From an uncultured Candidatus Altimarinota bacterium (GTDB lineage: Bacteria > Patescibacteriota > Gracilibacteria > BD1-5 > UBA6164), in assembly GCA_937944175.1 (NCBI GenBank), contig CALDZW010000043.1, forward strand, positions 1 to 42,224: a stretch of DNA of 42,224 nucleotides, in the 5' to 3' direction. Positions 1-12,933 of the stretch are shown here, one piece after another (the first letter of the stretch is position 1; each line of letters begins with the position of its first letter). The notes beneath the pieces were generated by a model. That model was given only the letters and a program-made list of their open reading frames with translations, had not been told where the DNA came from and did no database searches. Position numbers and translations under genes: made by a program.

Positions 1-1031
1 TATTAAAGAATTGAAAAATCCTTCATATTGATTGAGCTCATCAGAATAATTTACAACATGTAGATGTAGATATTCCCTTGTCTAATTTGGTTGTAGTTAC
101 AGGAGTTTCTGGTTCTGGTAAATCATCACTAGTAAATGGTATATTGGCTCCATATCTCTCTAATAAACTCAATAGGGCAAATAGACAGGTTGGGAATGTT
201 GAAAGTATTTCCTGACTTGAGCATCTTGATAAAACTGTGATCATTGATCAGTCTCCTATTTGAAAAACACCACGTTCTAATCCAGCAACATATACATGAG
301 TATTTACTCCAATAAGAGATGTATTTGCAATGACAGAGGAATCAAAGATTAGGTGATATTGACCTGGTCAGTTTAGCTTCAATACAAAATCAGGAAGATG
401 TGATGCATGTGACTGAGATGGAGTAAAAAAAGTTGAAATGCATTTCTTACCTCCTGTATATGTTAAATGTGAAAGTTGTAGTTGAACACGTTACAATAGA
501 GAAGTATTGCAAATAAAATATAAATGAAAAACCATAGCAGATGTCTTAAATATGACAGTAAATGAATCTGCTGAATTTTTTACAAATCATCCACGTGTGA
601 TAAAAGTATTGAATACCATTATAAGTGTTTGACTTGGATATATTAAGCTTGGCCAATCATCAACAACTCTTTCAGGTTGAGAGGCTCAGAGGATTAAACT
701 ATCAACTGAGCTATCAAAAAGATCAACGGGAAAGACATTTTATATCTTAGATGAACCAACAACAGGATTACATTTTCAAGATGTAGAGAAACTCTTGGCA
801 ATACTTCATTCTCTTGTAGACACTGGGAATACAGTGTTAGTAATAGAGCACAATATGGATGTAATTATTAATGCAGATCATATTATAGACATATGACCAG
901 AATGATGAGATAAATGATGAGAAGTAGTATGTTTTGGAGATGTTGATACTATCAAGAAATGTAAAAAAAGTTTTACATGACAAGCAATTGATGAGTACTA
1001 CAATAGAGAGGCTATTTTACAGAAAAAATAA
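1..1031 (+). CDS. uvrA: Excinuclease ABC subunit A, C-terminal part (5' end lies outside the window)
   Basis: Frame 3 read with TGA=Gly gives [13 protein letters not shown] (Walker A), [26 protein letters not shown], a CDACDGDG zinc-finger segment, LSGGEAQRIKL and [11 protein letters not shown]. Stop is TAA at 1029-1031. Several invariant Gly residues are encoded by TGA. Confidence 0.95.
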
Positions 1032-1033
1032 AT

Positions 1034-1975
1034 ATGTATATGGATATTCTACAAAAGAATGTAGACATTAGATTGTTATCAAATTTCAAAACTCCAGCAA
1101 AGACCAAGTATTATTTTGAAATTCATTCAGAAAAAGATGCTGAAAAACTTTATGAAATATTTCAGTATGCAATGGAAAATAATTTGCAAACCCTCATCAT
1201 TTGATGAGGAACAAATATGTTATTTGCCTTTGATGTATTTTCTTGAATAGTGATAAAAAACTGTCTAGAATGATGGACATATAACCCAGAAGCTAAAATT
1301 CTTTCAGCTTTTTCAAGTGAAATGATACGGAATATTGCTGAGTCATTAGAAGAAGATTTTGATCAGCCATTATGGCATAGATTTATTTGACTTCCAGGGA
1401 GCATCTGATGAGCAGTGTTTTGAAATGCCTGATGTTTTTGACTGGAAACAGAAAATAACTTTGTCTCTGCAAAAGTAGTGAATTTGTTTAGTTGAAAAGT
1501 TGAAATATTAGAAAAAAAAGGTATGAATTTTGAGTATAGAAGTTCAATTCTAAAAAAAGAAGAATGAAAATATTTTCTGATTTCTTGTCAATTTGATCTC
1601 TCTACCAAAATTGAAAAATATCATAGTGATGTAGATAATATTTATTTTAGAGAACACAAACAACCTGCTTGAAATACATGTGGAAGTTTTTTTAAAAACC
1701 CATCTGTCGATATAAAAAAGTTCTGGAAGAAATTTCCAGAACTCTATAATGAAAAACTTAAGGCAATCTCGTCTGGTTTCCTTATTGAGTCAGCCTGACT
1801 CAAATGATATAAAATATGATGAGCTTTCTTCTCTCCCCTTCATGCAAATTTTCTCATGAGTGATTGATCAGCAACTTCATCTGATATGCTTGAGCTTATT
1901 AAGCATGCACAAGATACTGTTAAGAACAAGTTTTGAATTGATATTGAGAATGAAGTAAGAATAATTAATTCTTAA
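1034..1975 (+). CDS. murB: UDP-N-acetylenolpyruvoylglucosamine reductase
   Basis: ATG at 1034. Translation with TGA=Gly contains LIIGGGTNMLF, GLPGSIGGAVFGNAGCFG, YRSSILK, AGNTCGSFFKNP and SAGLKGYKIGGAFFSPLHANFL. Stop is TAA at 1973-1975. 313 aa. Confidence 0.9.
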
Positions 1976-3407
1976 TATGTTCTCTTGGTACTTGATTCTT
2001 CAACTTTCATCATTTCTGAAGTAAACTTGATCATAATGCTAGATTGTCATAGTAGACAATGATTTGTCACTGAGTAGATTCTCATATTTCATTATTACTG
2101 AGAATGATATCCTCTCATTTTATGAAGCTTTCTGCTTGTTTTTTGTCTTGAAATACTATTCTATTTTTTGTAGCATATTGTCAGAATGTTTGGCTACTGT
2201 AGAAATCTAGGTTGAAGGTATTGTTGTTGTCTTCTCAAAAAGGGATTCATATATTTTGAATATTTGGGAAAGAAGAAAAGGCATTTGACTGTTTGGTTCT
2301 GATTTGGTAGATGTCTCATTTTTTAATTATGAGATAATCAGAGAAATAGAAAGGTTCTATTCAAAATCTTTTTTTTATTTGAGAAAGAAGTATTTTTAGT
2401 TCTTTTCCCTTTACAATTTTTTCTTCATTTTTTCTTTGAAAGTATTCTTTTTGAGTGTCTGTATTTGTAGGTCAGACTTTTTTTATTTTAGCAATGAAAA
2501 ATCATTCTGTATCATTTATATGTGGCCAAATTTTTTGTCCATTTTGGCATTCAGGATCAAGAGATTCTCATAACCATTCAGTAATTCACTCGGTAGATTG
2601 TAATTCTGGCAACTGCCATTTCTCTATAATAATGTTTTCTCAGAATTGTTTCTTTACATGATCAAGGATAATCTCATCCTCTTCTGGTGTCATGGTGCAG
2701 GTTGAATAGACAAGTGTTCCTCCAATTTTTAATGCTTGGAGAGCTGAATTGATGAGTCTTTTTTGTAAAGAAGAGAGTTCTTTAATTATGGACAATGACC
2801 ATTTTACTTCATCTTTTCTCATAGTTCATTCTCAACTACAAGGAGCATCAAGAAGTATTTTATCGAATGTCTCTGTAAAATATCTTCAGAAGTCTCTTCA
2901 GTCAAGTTTTGAAGTAGCTGCTCAAATTATTCATTGATAATTAATGTTGGTTTTGAGTGCCTTAATTCTTGTAGGGACAATATCATTTCCTATTACAAGT
3001 CATGCATTATTCATCATAATAGACATTTGTGTTGTCTTGCTTCATGGAGCAGCTGAAACATCAAGAACAATATCTCATTTCTGTGGTTTAAGAACCATTG
3101 GAGGAATCATACTAGAAGTTTCCTGAATATAAAAGAGTCATGAAAAGTACTCGATACTTTTTCCTAGGGGAATACTCTTATCATCTCTATCTATAAAAAA
3201 ACCTGTATCAACATAGGGGATTTTTTGTAATTTCCATCAATTATTCTCAGCTCTTTTTGTGAAATTTTCTAATGAAATACGAAGAGTATTGACTCTAAGA
3301 GCTTTTCTAAGTGGCTTATCACAATATTCAAGAAAAGTTGTGAATTCTTTTTCTGAAAATAGTGGAGAGTAACGTGCTAGAAACTCTGGATGAAAAGAAT
3401 TATTCAT
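1965..3407 (-). CDS. rRNA cytosine-C5 methyltransferase, RsmB/RsmF (NOL1/NOP2/Sun) family
   Basis: ATG is the reverse complement of 3405-3407. SAM motif LDVSAAPGSKTT and catalytic Cys motifs LLDAPCSGEGT and LVYSTCT are present. I checked every in-frame triplet down to TAA (reverse complement of 1965-1967) and found no TAA/TAG. 480 aa. The 3' end overlaps murB by 11 nt. Confidence 0.85.
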
Positions 3408-3495
3408 TTAAGCAGTATTATTTGCCATATGACAAAAATAAAATAATATGTCTAAAATAGATTATTATAAAAATTACTGGTAAATCAACTATATT

Positions 3496-4221
3496 ATGGA
3501 ACAAATGAGATTACAGAAGTACTTAAGTCAAGCTTGAATTTGTTCAAGGAGAAAAGCAGAAGACTATATTACAAGGTGACTGGTAACAGTTGATTGAGAA
3601 GTTGCACAAATAGGAATGAAAGTGTCATGAGATGAAAAAATAATTTTTCTTGAAAAGGCTATTACCGAGCAAAAGAAACAAGTGTATTATAAAATCAATA
3701 AACCACGTGGTATTGAAACTACATGTGCTAGTAATTGAGAAAATGCTATTGTTGACATAATAGACATTAAAGAAAGAGTTTTTCCAATTTGAAGACTTGA
3801 TAAAGAAACTACAGGCTTACTATTGTTAACAAATGATTGAAGACTTGCTAATTATTTAATGCACCCACGTTATGAACATTCAAAGGAATATGTTGTGGAA
3901 GTTTTTTGACCTATTACAGATGAAGCACTAAATAAAATGGCTCATTGAGTAAAAGTGTTATGATCACAGACAAAAAATGCTGAGGTAAAAAGGCTCTCAT
4001 CTGGTACATTTTCAATTGTACTAACAGAGTGACGTAATAGACAGATAAGGAGGATGGTTGAATCGGTGGGTTTCCAAGTAAAAAAACTTAAAAGAGTGAG
4101 AGTTGAAAATATTGAGTTATGAAATCTTGATTTTTGAGAATATAAGCATTTGAATAATAAAGAGATAGAACAATTATTCACCATATTGAAAATTGATCAG
4201 GTGTGATTACTCAATTCTTAA
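3496..4221 (+). CDS. Pseudouridine synthase, RsuA/RluB family, with N-terminal S4 domain
   Basis: ATG at 3496. S4-like RLQKYLSQAGICSRRKAEDYI, catalytic-Asp motif PIGRLDKETTGLLLLTNDG, and GRNRQIRRM. Stop is TAA at 4219-4221. 241 aa. Confidence 0.85.
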
Positions 4222-4244
4222 ACTGAGAAACTCTCTTGTGATAT

Positions 4245-4922
4245 TTACTTGTGTGAATATTTTTTTATTTGCAATAAGCTTAACCTTAGTTTCTTAATGA
4301 CAACAACTATATCATCTTTATAATGACTGCTATACACATATGTATTCTTTGTAAGTTTTTTTAATGAGATGTTAAGGATTTTTATTTTCTGAAGCTCTTC
4401 AAGAATGTTTTGATGATTAGTGTCGTTGTTATTTTTATTTTCATAATAATTAGAAAATATGACTAACAATTTATCAAAGGTATGACTAATTTTTAGCACA
4501 ATAATTGTATATTTATTTATTTTTTCCTTATCTATTTTTTGAAATTGATGAAGATAAGACTTCACTTGAATGTTAATGTTTCTCAAATCTCCAATAACCA
4601 CAGCAATAACATTATCAGCAGTTGATTTATTTATTCTATTTGTTTGAATTTTTTTCAGTATATAAATGATCTCTCTTAAATCTTTTATATGCTTATTGAT
4701 AGTTCAGTCATCAATAAGGTTATAATTTTTTTGAATATTAAGGAGTCTTTTTTCAAATTTGAGTGTTTCATTTTCAATAATTTGAGCATGGGAAATATTT
4801 ACCTGAGTATTTTGAATCAGCAGTGATTGTTTTTCAGTAATTAGATCTTTATCTATTGCAAAAGAGGTGTTTCAGAATAGACTGAAAGTCATTATAGTTA
4901 AAAGTGTGATTATTTTGAACAA
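4245..4922 (-). CDS. Hypothetical protein, probably secreted, Lys/Asn/Ile-rich and coiled-coil-like
   Basis: The frame is open (TGA=Gly) from 4946 down to TAA at 4245-4247. ATG at 4892 would give a truncated leader. TTG at 4922 gives a signal-peptide-like N-terminus (FKIITLLTIMTFSLFGNTSFA). No recognisable domain. Confidence 0.45.
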
Positions 4923-5026
4923 AATATGAGCAGGAATAAATGATAATTACTAGTTGTAGGATAAATAAAAAATAAAAAATTTCAATATTGAAATGTGATT
5001 TTGTTTTGTAGAAAGGGTTATAATAT

Positions 5027-5410
5027 ATGAATGATATGTATAAGAAATTACTTAAATTTTTGTCTTTTGGACTTTTGACATATTGATCAAATGTTGGAAT
5101 AACATATGTATGTATGTATACATTTTTATTATGAGCATCTCTTTCATACTGAATTGCTCTATTGTTTACTACAACTATTAGCTTTCTAATAAGTTTAAAA
5201 TCAGTGTTTAATGTTGAATTTACAATTACTATTTTGTATAAGTATCTTTTGATATTATTCTCAATGAATATTAGTAATTATTTTTTAGTTTTGCACTTGA
5301 ATAACTTCTATTCTCAGGGCATGCTCTTTTGAATCATTATTCTTGTTACTACATTTTTTGCTGTAGTAAAATTCATTTTATATGACAAATTTGTCTTTAT
5401 CAAAAAGTAA
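5027..5410 (+). CDS. Small polytopic membrane protein, GtrA-like
   Basis: ATG at 5027, TAA at 5408-5410, 127 aa. About 4 hydrophobic segments. The N-terminal pattern KKLLKFLSFGLLTYGSNVGITY resembles the GtrA family signature. Confidence 0.5.
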
Positions 5411-8055
5411 TGATAGCAATTGATCTTGAAACAACGTGACTTGAACCATGAATTGATCAAATAATTGAGATTGCAATGGTTGAGTTTGATGAAAAAAATG
5501 GAAAGATATTACGTGAATTTTCAGAACTTATCAATCCATGAATTGATATTCCAGAAATGATTACGCATTTAACATGAATTACTCAACAAGATGTTAAAGG
5601 TAAAGAATTATGGAATCATACCCAGATGGTCATAGAAAACTTTATTGGGGATTCAGTTATTCTTGGGCATAATGTCAATTTTGATATAAGTTTTTTACAA
5701 GCTCAAGGTATAGATCTTTCAAAAAACATCTATCTGGATACATTTGAGTTAGCTAATTTTGTTCTATTGGATGAAAAATCATTGAGTTTAGAGACATTAT
5801 GTAACTCTCTATGAATAGAATTAACATGAGCTCATAGAGCATTACATGATGTACATGCAACTATTCAACTGTTTCAGGAGATAATTAAGATACTCAAAAA
5901 GCTCCCTACTCAGAAGTTACAAATGATAGATTATATTGCTAACAGATCTGAAAAACAAACATACCATTACCTATATACAGAAGTACTGAAGAAAAAATCA
6001 AGAGTGTTTACAGAAGATGCATTTTTAAAAAATTTGTTAAAAATACTTTCAAAAAAAGAGAAAAAGTTGTCATTATTTCATGATATGGATTTTGATGAAT
6101 CTGTACTCACTAATTTTATTCAAAATAGTGATGTCTTAGAAGTCAGAGAGAACCAAAGAAGTATGATTGATGCTGTTGGAAAGAATTTCAAAAATAATTG
6201 AAAAATGGTTATTGAGGCACCAACTGGAGTATGAAAAACTTTTGCATACTTACTCCCGTCAATTATACATTCAATAAAAACATGAGAACAAATATATGTA
6301 TCTACATCTACGAAAGCATTACAAGATCAGATATTTTATAAGGATTTACACTTTCTTTCAGAAAACATTAATATTCCATTTACTTTTTCAAAATTGAAGG
6401 GAAAAAGAAATTATATTTGAATAGCGAGTTTTTTGAAGTTTATTGCTTTTGAAAGAATATTAACACAGATGGAATCTACGTTTGTTTTAAAGATATTATT
6501 TTGGCTGTACTCAACAAAATCTTGAGAACTAGATGAGCTTGACTATTTCTGAAAAGAGTATTCATATATTAAAGAGATTAATGCAGATGACTTTTTTACT
6601 TTTTCAAAGGATAATATATACGCAAAGTATGAATTTGCCTTGAGGGCAAGAAGGGATGCAAAAAATACAAATCTTGTAGTGATAAATAATAGTATTTTAT
6701 TTCAAGACATTAGTTGAGAGAATTCTATACTCTGAAAAGTTGAGAATCTCATCTTAGATGAAGCACATACGTTAGAAGATATTGTCACACAGGCATTAAA
6801 AGTTTCATGTAATTATAAAGATATAGATAATCATCTAAAAAATATTTATTCAGTGTTACAAAAAAACAAAAAAGTGGATGTGTTATCTTGATCAATGTCT
6901 CAAAGAATACTCTTTGATATTTGAGTGATTTTTGATAATTTACATTGATATTTGAATTCAAAAGTTATGCAGGATGATCAATATAAAAATATATTGATTC
7001 AAAGTGATTTTTATAAATTATATTTGTGAGATGATGAGTCAAAGCAATTTTATTCAGAAGTACAGATTCAGATTATTGACATGCTTGATACTTTAGGAGA
7101 TTTAGATAATGAAACTTACATGCTCTTAGGGAGGGAAATTTCATTCTTTGAACAAGTGCTAAAAGTATTAAAGGTGTTCTGAGAGAAGAAAAATGATAGT
7201 ACATATATAAAGACAATTTCTTTTACTCATATGTCACAAGAATTGCAATTTTGATATACTCAATTGAATGTTTGAAATTATTTGTCAACTCAATTATGGG
7301 ATAAATTAGAAAGTTGTGTTTTGACAAGTGCTACACTAAAAATATGAGAAAGTTTTGATTATATAAAAAAGATACTTTCTTTGAATGATTTTACAGAGAT
7401 GACACTTCAGAGTGATTTTGATTATTCAAAACAAGCACTGTTATTCATGCCTACAGATATTTGAAGTATTAAAAATAATATGCAACAAGTGAACATGTTT
7501 ATGTTAGAGGTTATTACAGCAGTAAGATGAAATGTACTTGCTTTGTTTACAGCATTTAATTCAATACAGTCAGTATGTTCTTATGTCTTACCAGAATCTA
7601 AAAAACAGAATATTAATATTTATGCTCAATCAATTGGGTGATGAAAACATAAGCTCATTGAACTATTCAAAAAAAATGCTGATAATTCTATATTGATTTG
7701 AACTGATACGTTTTGGGAATGAATAGACATCCCTTGAGATACATTGAAATATTTAATTATACATAAGGTCCCATTTTTAGTCCCAAATGAGCCAATTTTT
7801 CAAGCTCGTTCACAATTATTTAAGAATTCATTTGCTGAGTATTCACTTCCAAAAGCTATATTGAAGTTAAAACAATGATTTGGAAGGCTTATTCGTAATA
7901 AAGATGATAAAGGAATTGTTATCTTATTAGATGATAGAATTCATACAACAAATTGGTGAGAAGCTTTATATGATGCTTTCCCAGAGAAGATCAATGTAAA
8001 GAAGTGAAGTTCGTCTGATTTTATTCAAATACTATTGGACAAAAACAAGACCTAA
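5410..8055 (+). CDS. dinG: Bifunctional DnaQ-like 3'-5' exonuclease / DinG-family ATP-dependent DNA helicase
   Basis: The ATG overlaps the preceding stop (TAATG at 5408-5412). Exo motifs IAIDLETTGL, GHNVNFDISFL and HRALHDVHAT. Helicase Walker A VIEAPTGVGKTFAYLLP and DEAH box LILDEAHTLED. C-terminal motifs GTDTFWEGIDIPG and QGFGRLIRNKDDKG. Stop is TAA at 8053-8055. 881 aa. Confidence 0.9.
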
Positions 8056-8073
8056 TGTAAAGGTCTTTTTTTT
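8047..8073 (+). terminator. Rho-independent terminator after dinG
   Basis: Stem AAGACCT / AGGTCTT with a 6-nt loop, followed by a T-run (aggtctttttttttg). Confidence 0.6.
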
Positions 8074-8130
8074 GTATAAATACTTTTTATATGCTAGAAT
8101 TTGCATAGTTATTTGAATAAGAACCATAAT

Positions 8131-8973
8131 ATGCCAGATGATAATATTGACTCTACTAACATTTTTGATGAATTTTCATGAGATCAGTCATTAAAAGATG
8201 AAATTGCAGAAGCAGAAAAGCAAAGATCCAAAGATATGTACTTTTATATGTGAAAATGAAATGCATTCCTTTATGCAATAAATATTATTTTCTTCATTTG
8301 AATGATATGTTCATTTTGATATATTTATATACAAAATAATGAGGAGATGTTTAATGCATGATATCTTGACCCTGTTTGTAAATTTCTTATAGGAGACGCA
8401 AGATATGAAGAGGATCATTGCTCCTCAGTGACAGCATCAACAAAAAGTATTGAAGACAATTACAATCGTATTTGACAAGAGTATTATACTAAAATATCAG
8501 AAATGTTATGAGATGTATATTATGTGTCAAGTTTTGCACTTTCAAAAGAAGTTATGTTTCTTTTAGATAAAAATGAAAATAGATTAGCTCCAATTGATAT
8601 ATTAATTGAGTTTGATTGATTAAAAAATTCATTTGAGCCAGTAAATAAGGCAAAGATAAATTGTGGAAATATTAAGATGAAAAATGATGGTATGATAGAG
8701 ATGAAATGTGAAACATTTTCATCTAGATGGGATAGAAATATCATAGGAGTAAGTTGAAGTACAGAAGAAAAGATTAAAGCAAAATGAACATCAATATCAA
8801 TTGCTAGTAGTTTTATTAATTACATTGAAAAGAACTCAAAAAACTTGCTTATAGTGGAAAAACCAAAGAAATTTTCTTATGATGAGGTTGTTGATTTCTG
8901 ATGATTTACGCGTAAAACAACGTTTAAATTGTGAATGGCATTGAAAAATTCTAATATTTGATTATTACAATAA
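8131..8973 (+). CDS. Hypothetical single-pass membrane protein, first gene of the pilB/pilC operon (possible pilus assembly component)
   Basis: ATG at 8131, TAA at 8971-8973. All 280 in-frame codons were checked and show no TAA/TAG. One TM segment (AFLYAINIIFFIGMICSFGYIYI). No recognisable domain. The role is inferred only from position. Confidence 0.5.
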
Positions 8974-8975
8974 AA

Positions 8976-10355
8976 ATGAAAAAACAAAAATGAAGTAAAG
9001 AAGCAGTATTTCAATCATTTGTGATTAATACTTTTGTATTAATTATATTTTCATGAATAGGACTATTGTATATTCTTCCACAGATTTCATCGATTACAGA
9101 GAAGAAGTGACAGTTATACGATTCAGCTGAGCAATATTTTGATCTTAAGGAAAAGGGGTTTACTTATGAAGACTTTTCAAAAGCAAAAAGTGCTTTCCCA
9201 GACATTAAGAAATTAAATACGTATCAGTCAAACATTATTAAGGACTTCAAGAAAGATCAGTTTGAGCTATTCTTTTATAATGAATCAGGATGAGACTACA
9301 AGGTATTTCTAGATTGAAAAAAACAGGAAGTGTTAAAGAAAAAATGAGTACTAGAAGAATCATGAGCATGAGATGCTGTCAAGAATGTTCTTCCTTATTA
9401 TTCTTCAAATTCATCTCTTTCTGATACAGCAATGACAGATTTTTCATTTATTAATCATATTGAAAATCTTTTATATAGATTCAGATTAACTTCAACAGAA
9501 CCAATAGGTGTATGAGAGCTAGAAGTAGTTGATGAGTTTGAGTCTTCATGATCAAGTAAGAAATGAAAGAATGTACAAGAATGAAGTGCTCTTGATTGAA
9601 AGATATATAGAGGAAGTTTTCCACTTACAATTGTATGAAAAAAGAGTAATATTTTTGACTTCATATATTTTATACAAAATGTTTGAAAGATTCAGATGTC
9701 TTGATGAGTTGTGAGTGTTGTAAAGTGAAATAAAGATGATTTTATTCTTCTTGACTGAAAAAAGAAAGCCATTAATCATTTTAAAAACATTGGAAATTAT
9801 TTTAGAGATCTTCCAAAAGAAAAAAGATGAGATTACTATAATAGCCTTATAATGGATTTTGATTCAATCACTTTTAAAAATTACCCTGACTCATCAGACC
9901 TACCGACACCTGATTGACAGTCATTAGTATGACTGATAAAAGAAGAGCAATGAGATGAAAAATATGAGATAGAAGTAAAGCTAAATTTTTATATTAAATG
10001 ACTCCCTCAATATAGAATAAATGAATCAATAGAAAAGATGTTTACTAATTATGTCAAGGTACAGAAAATATCATCAGAATTATCACAATTTATTAAATGA
10101 AATCAGTCAAAACTTACTTCCGAACAGCAATTGAGCTCTATGAATAATGTGCTAAAATTTGATAGATATCTATGATCACTTGAAAAGGATATCTGAAGTA
10201 TGAAAAAGAGCTTTGCAAAAAAGGATCAGATTGAACTTTTGTATTGACAAGCTTTGTCTCTAAATCAATGATTCAATATCCTTTCTGAACAACTTCTGGA
10301 AGATGCAAATGTACTGTCAAAAAGCATATATGAAAAATATAAAATTAACAAATAA
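8976..10355 (+). CDS. Membrane-anchored protein with a PilO-like segment (putative type IV pilus assembly protein)
   Basis: ATG at 8976, two nt after the previous stop. The frame was checked codon by codon to TAA at 10353-10355. 459 aa. N-terminal TM segment (SFVINTFVLIIFSGIGLLYILP). The segment YRGSFPLTIVGKKSNIFDFIYFIQNVGKI resembles the PilO core. Confidence 0.5.
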
Positions 10356-10364
10356 TATACAAAT

Positions 10365-11636
10365 ATGTCAACAAAATTTAAAGAAACAGTAGAGCAGCTC
10401 AAGGAGCTTGTATATAAATGAGATAATATACCTAAAATATGTGACTTAACAATTTTGGCAGCTGTTTTGTGAGAGGCATCTGATATACATTTAGAACCAT
10501 TAAGCTCATACGTTAGACTAAGATATAGAAGGGATTGAGATTTGTCAGAAATTTTAGAATATCAGACATTTTTACATCAATGAGTAGTAGCAAGGTTTAA
10601 AATTATGGCTGATCTTAAAATTGATGAATCAAGAATTCCTCAAGACTGAAGAATCTCAAAGACTATATGATGAAAGCCTCTTGATCTCAGGGTTTCTAGT
10701 CTTCCAACTGTTCATGGTGAAAAGATAGTTATGAGAATTGTAGATAAATCAAAAGAAATACCAAAATTAGAGAAATTGTGAATTGAGTGAAAGAATAGTA
10801 AAATTATCAAACATGCAATTTCACTTCCTAATGGAATTATTCTGACTTCATGACCAACATGATCTTGAAAATCAACAACGCTGTATTCTTCTCTTATTAT
10901 GCTTAATAAGCCAGGTGTTAATATAATGACACTTGAAGATCCTGTTGAAAACCAGGTTGATGGGATTAATCAATCGCAGGTGAAGCCAGATATTGGATAT
11001 ACATTTGCATACTGAATCAGAACAGCACTGAGGCAAGATCCAGATATCATTATGGTATGAGAGATGAGAGACAAGGAAACAGTTGATATTGCTATTGAAG
11101 CATCTCTTACTGGTCACTTGGTTTTTTCTACAATTCATACCAATAGTGCTGCTGAAACTATTACAAGAATACTTAATATGTGAGTTCAACCTTTTTTACT
11201 TCCAGCATCAGTCAATGCAATAATTGCCCAAAGACTTATAAAGAGGCTCTGTCCATATTGTAAAAAAGCACTTGATATGAAGGATATTTGAAAGGAGACG
11301 CTTATTAATATTAAAAAAGCTTTAAGTATAACTCCTAAGGAAGAATTATCATTAAGAGTTTGAGCAAAGTTAAAGAATCCAACTTTTTATTGACCAGTTT
11401 GATGTGAAAAATGTGACGATTCTTGATATAAGGGGAGAGTATGATTATACGAAGTACTTGAGATTACAGCATGAGTTAAGGATATGATCCTTTCAGGACA
11501 ATCAGCTTTTAATATTAATAGACAAGCAATTAAAGATGGAATGATATCATTAGAACAAGATTGAATTATGAAGAGTCTTAATTGAGAAACAAGTCTTGAG
11601 GAAGTGTACAGAGTTGCTAAAACTCAAAATGAATAA
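10365..11636 (+). CDS. pilB: Type IV pilus assembly ATPase (GspE/PilB family, short form)
   Basis: Walker A GPTGSGKSTT at 10851-10880, with three Gly encoded by TGA. Asp box, Walker B (PDIIMVGEMRD), His box ([12 protein letters not shown]) and tetracysteine CPYC...CEKC. Stop is TAA at 11634-11636. 423 aa. Confidence 0.9.
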
Positions 11637-11684
11637 AAGAATACAGGTTATTAAGGGAAGTCAAATTATTTATAATAATATATT

Positions 11685-12788
11685 ATGGAAACTGGATCTA
11701 AAGACAAAAGCCCAATTGATAAATTAAATGATTTAATTGTTTCAATGCAGCATGTTGATGTAAAGGACAAGCTTATTTTTTATCGTTTGTTAGCTACAAT
11801 GACAAATGCATGAATGAGTCTAGTAAAGTCAATTGCTGTTTTGGAAGCTCAAGAAAAAAATGCAGTATTGAAGAAGATTTTGGGAGTATTTATAAAAGAA
11901 CTTCAGGCTTGAAAGAATCTTTCTGAATGTCTTGAAATGTATCCACAATCTTTCTCTGAAGCTGAAGTGTGAGTTATAAGTTCTTGAGAAAAAACCTGAA
12001 AACTTAATACCGTCCTTCTAGATTTAGCTAACCAGATTGAAAAAATGGCATCTATATCATGAAAGTTAAAATCAGCTATGATTTACCCAGCGTTTATAAT
12101 TATAGTAGTTATAGGAGTTATTGCAGTAATGATGATTATGGTTGTACCAAAGCTTCTTGATATATTTAGTGATAAATCCGCGTTGCCAGCCTCAACTCAA
12201 ATGCTTATTTGAGTTTCAGACTTTCTGAGAGCCTACTGGTTAGGAGTATTGATTTTTTTGTTTATTGCATATGTTTGAATCAAAATATGGAAAAAAACTC
12301 CATGATGAAAATATTTATATGACTTATTCTTATTTAAGGTTCCTATTTTTTGATCAATGATGCAGAAGTTAGTACTTTCACAGTTTTCTAGACTATTATC
12401 ATGACTTATATGATCAGGTGTATCAATTGTATGAGCATTTCAGATTGTAGCAGATGGTGTATGAAATGAGGTATATAGACAAAGAATTCTCTTATTAAAA
12501 GAAGATGTACAACAATGAATTAAGATATGGGAAGCTCTTGATGGAGATAAACTATTTCCTCCTATGATGGTTCAGATGATACAAGTATGAGAGCAAACAG
12601 CTAAGGTTGATCAGACTATTTTAAAAGTAGCAGACTTCTATGATGAGCAAGTTGATAATATGATTACTACATTGAATAAGCTTCTGGAACCAATGATTAT
12701 TGTGTTTTTGGCTGTAGTTGTTTGATGAATAGCAATGGCGATTATGCAACCAATAATGAACTTGGCAGATACAGTAAGTAATTGATAA
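11685..12788 (+). CDS. pilC: Type IV pilus inner-membrane platform protein (GspF/PilC family)
   Basis: ATG at 11685. Two GspF repeats (FYRLLATMTNAGMSLVKSI... and FSRLLSGLIGSGVSIVGAF...). C-terminal LEPMIIVFLAVVVGGIAMAIMQPI. Stop is TAA at 12786-12788. 367 aa. Confidence 0.9.
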
Positions 12789-12815
12789 TACAGGTAGTAA
12801 CGATTGACTTTTTAT

Positions 12816-12850
12816 AAAAGAGTTGTGCGAAGGCATGACTCTTTTTTCCT
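12816..12850 (+). terminator. Probable terminator after pilC
   Basis: Stem AAAAGAGT / ACTCTTTT enclosing an inner TGC-GAAG-GCA hairpin, followed by a T-rich tail. Confidence 0.45.
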
Positions 12851-12904
12851 TTAAAATAAAATAAAAACCATTGTGAAGAAAGTGTGAAAAACCAATTTTT
12901 GTAT

Positions 12905-12933
12905 TTGACATAAGCATATGAAACTTATATACT
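12905..12933 (+). promoter_or_regulatory. Near-consensus sigma70-type promoter for the S-layer gene
   Basis: TTGACA (12905-12910), a 17-nt spacer, then TATACT (12928-12933). It lies about 220 nt upstream of the ATG at 13155, implying a long leader. Confidence 0.5.

Noticed and set aside
4980-4993. A perfect 14-bp palindrome, TTTCAATATTGAAA, in the divergent intergenic region between 4922 and 5027, as a possible operator.
   Set aside because: It is an A/T-dominated palindrome of a length that is not surprising in this composition. No second copy or associated regulator gene is present in the window.
10872-11189. 105-aa minus-strand ORF. Similar antisense ORFs lie at 41-244, 12621-12917 and 27632-27955.
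   Set aside because: All lie antisense to confidently identified plus-strand genes (pilB, uvrA, pilC and the GT2-like gene). Their composition is Cys/Ser/Ile-rich, as expected for non-coding frames.
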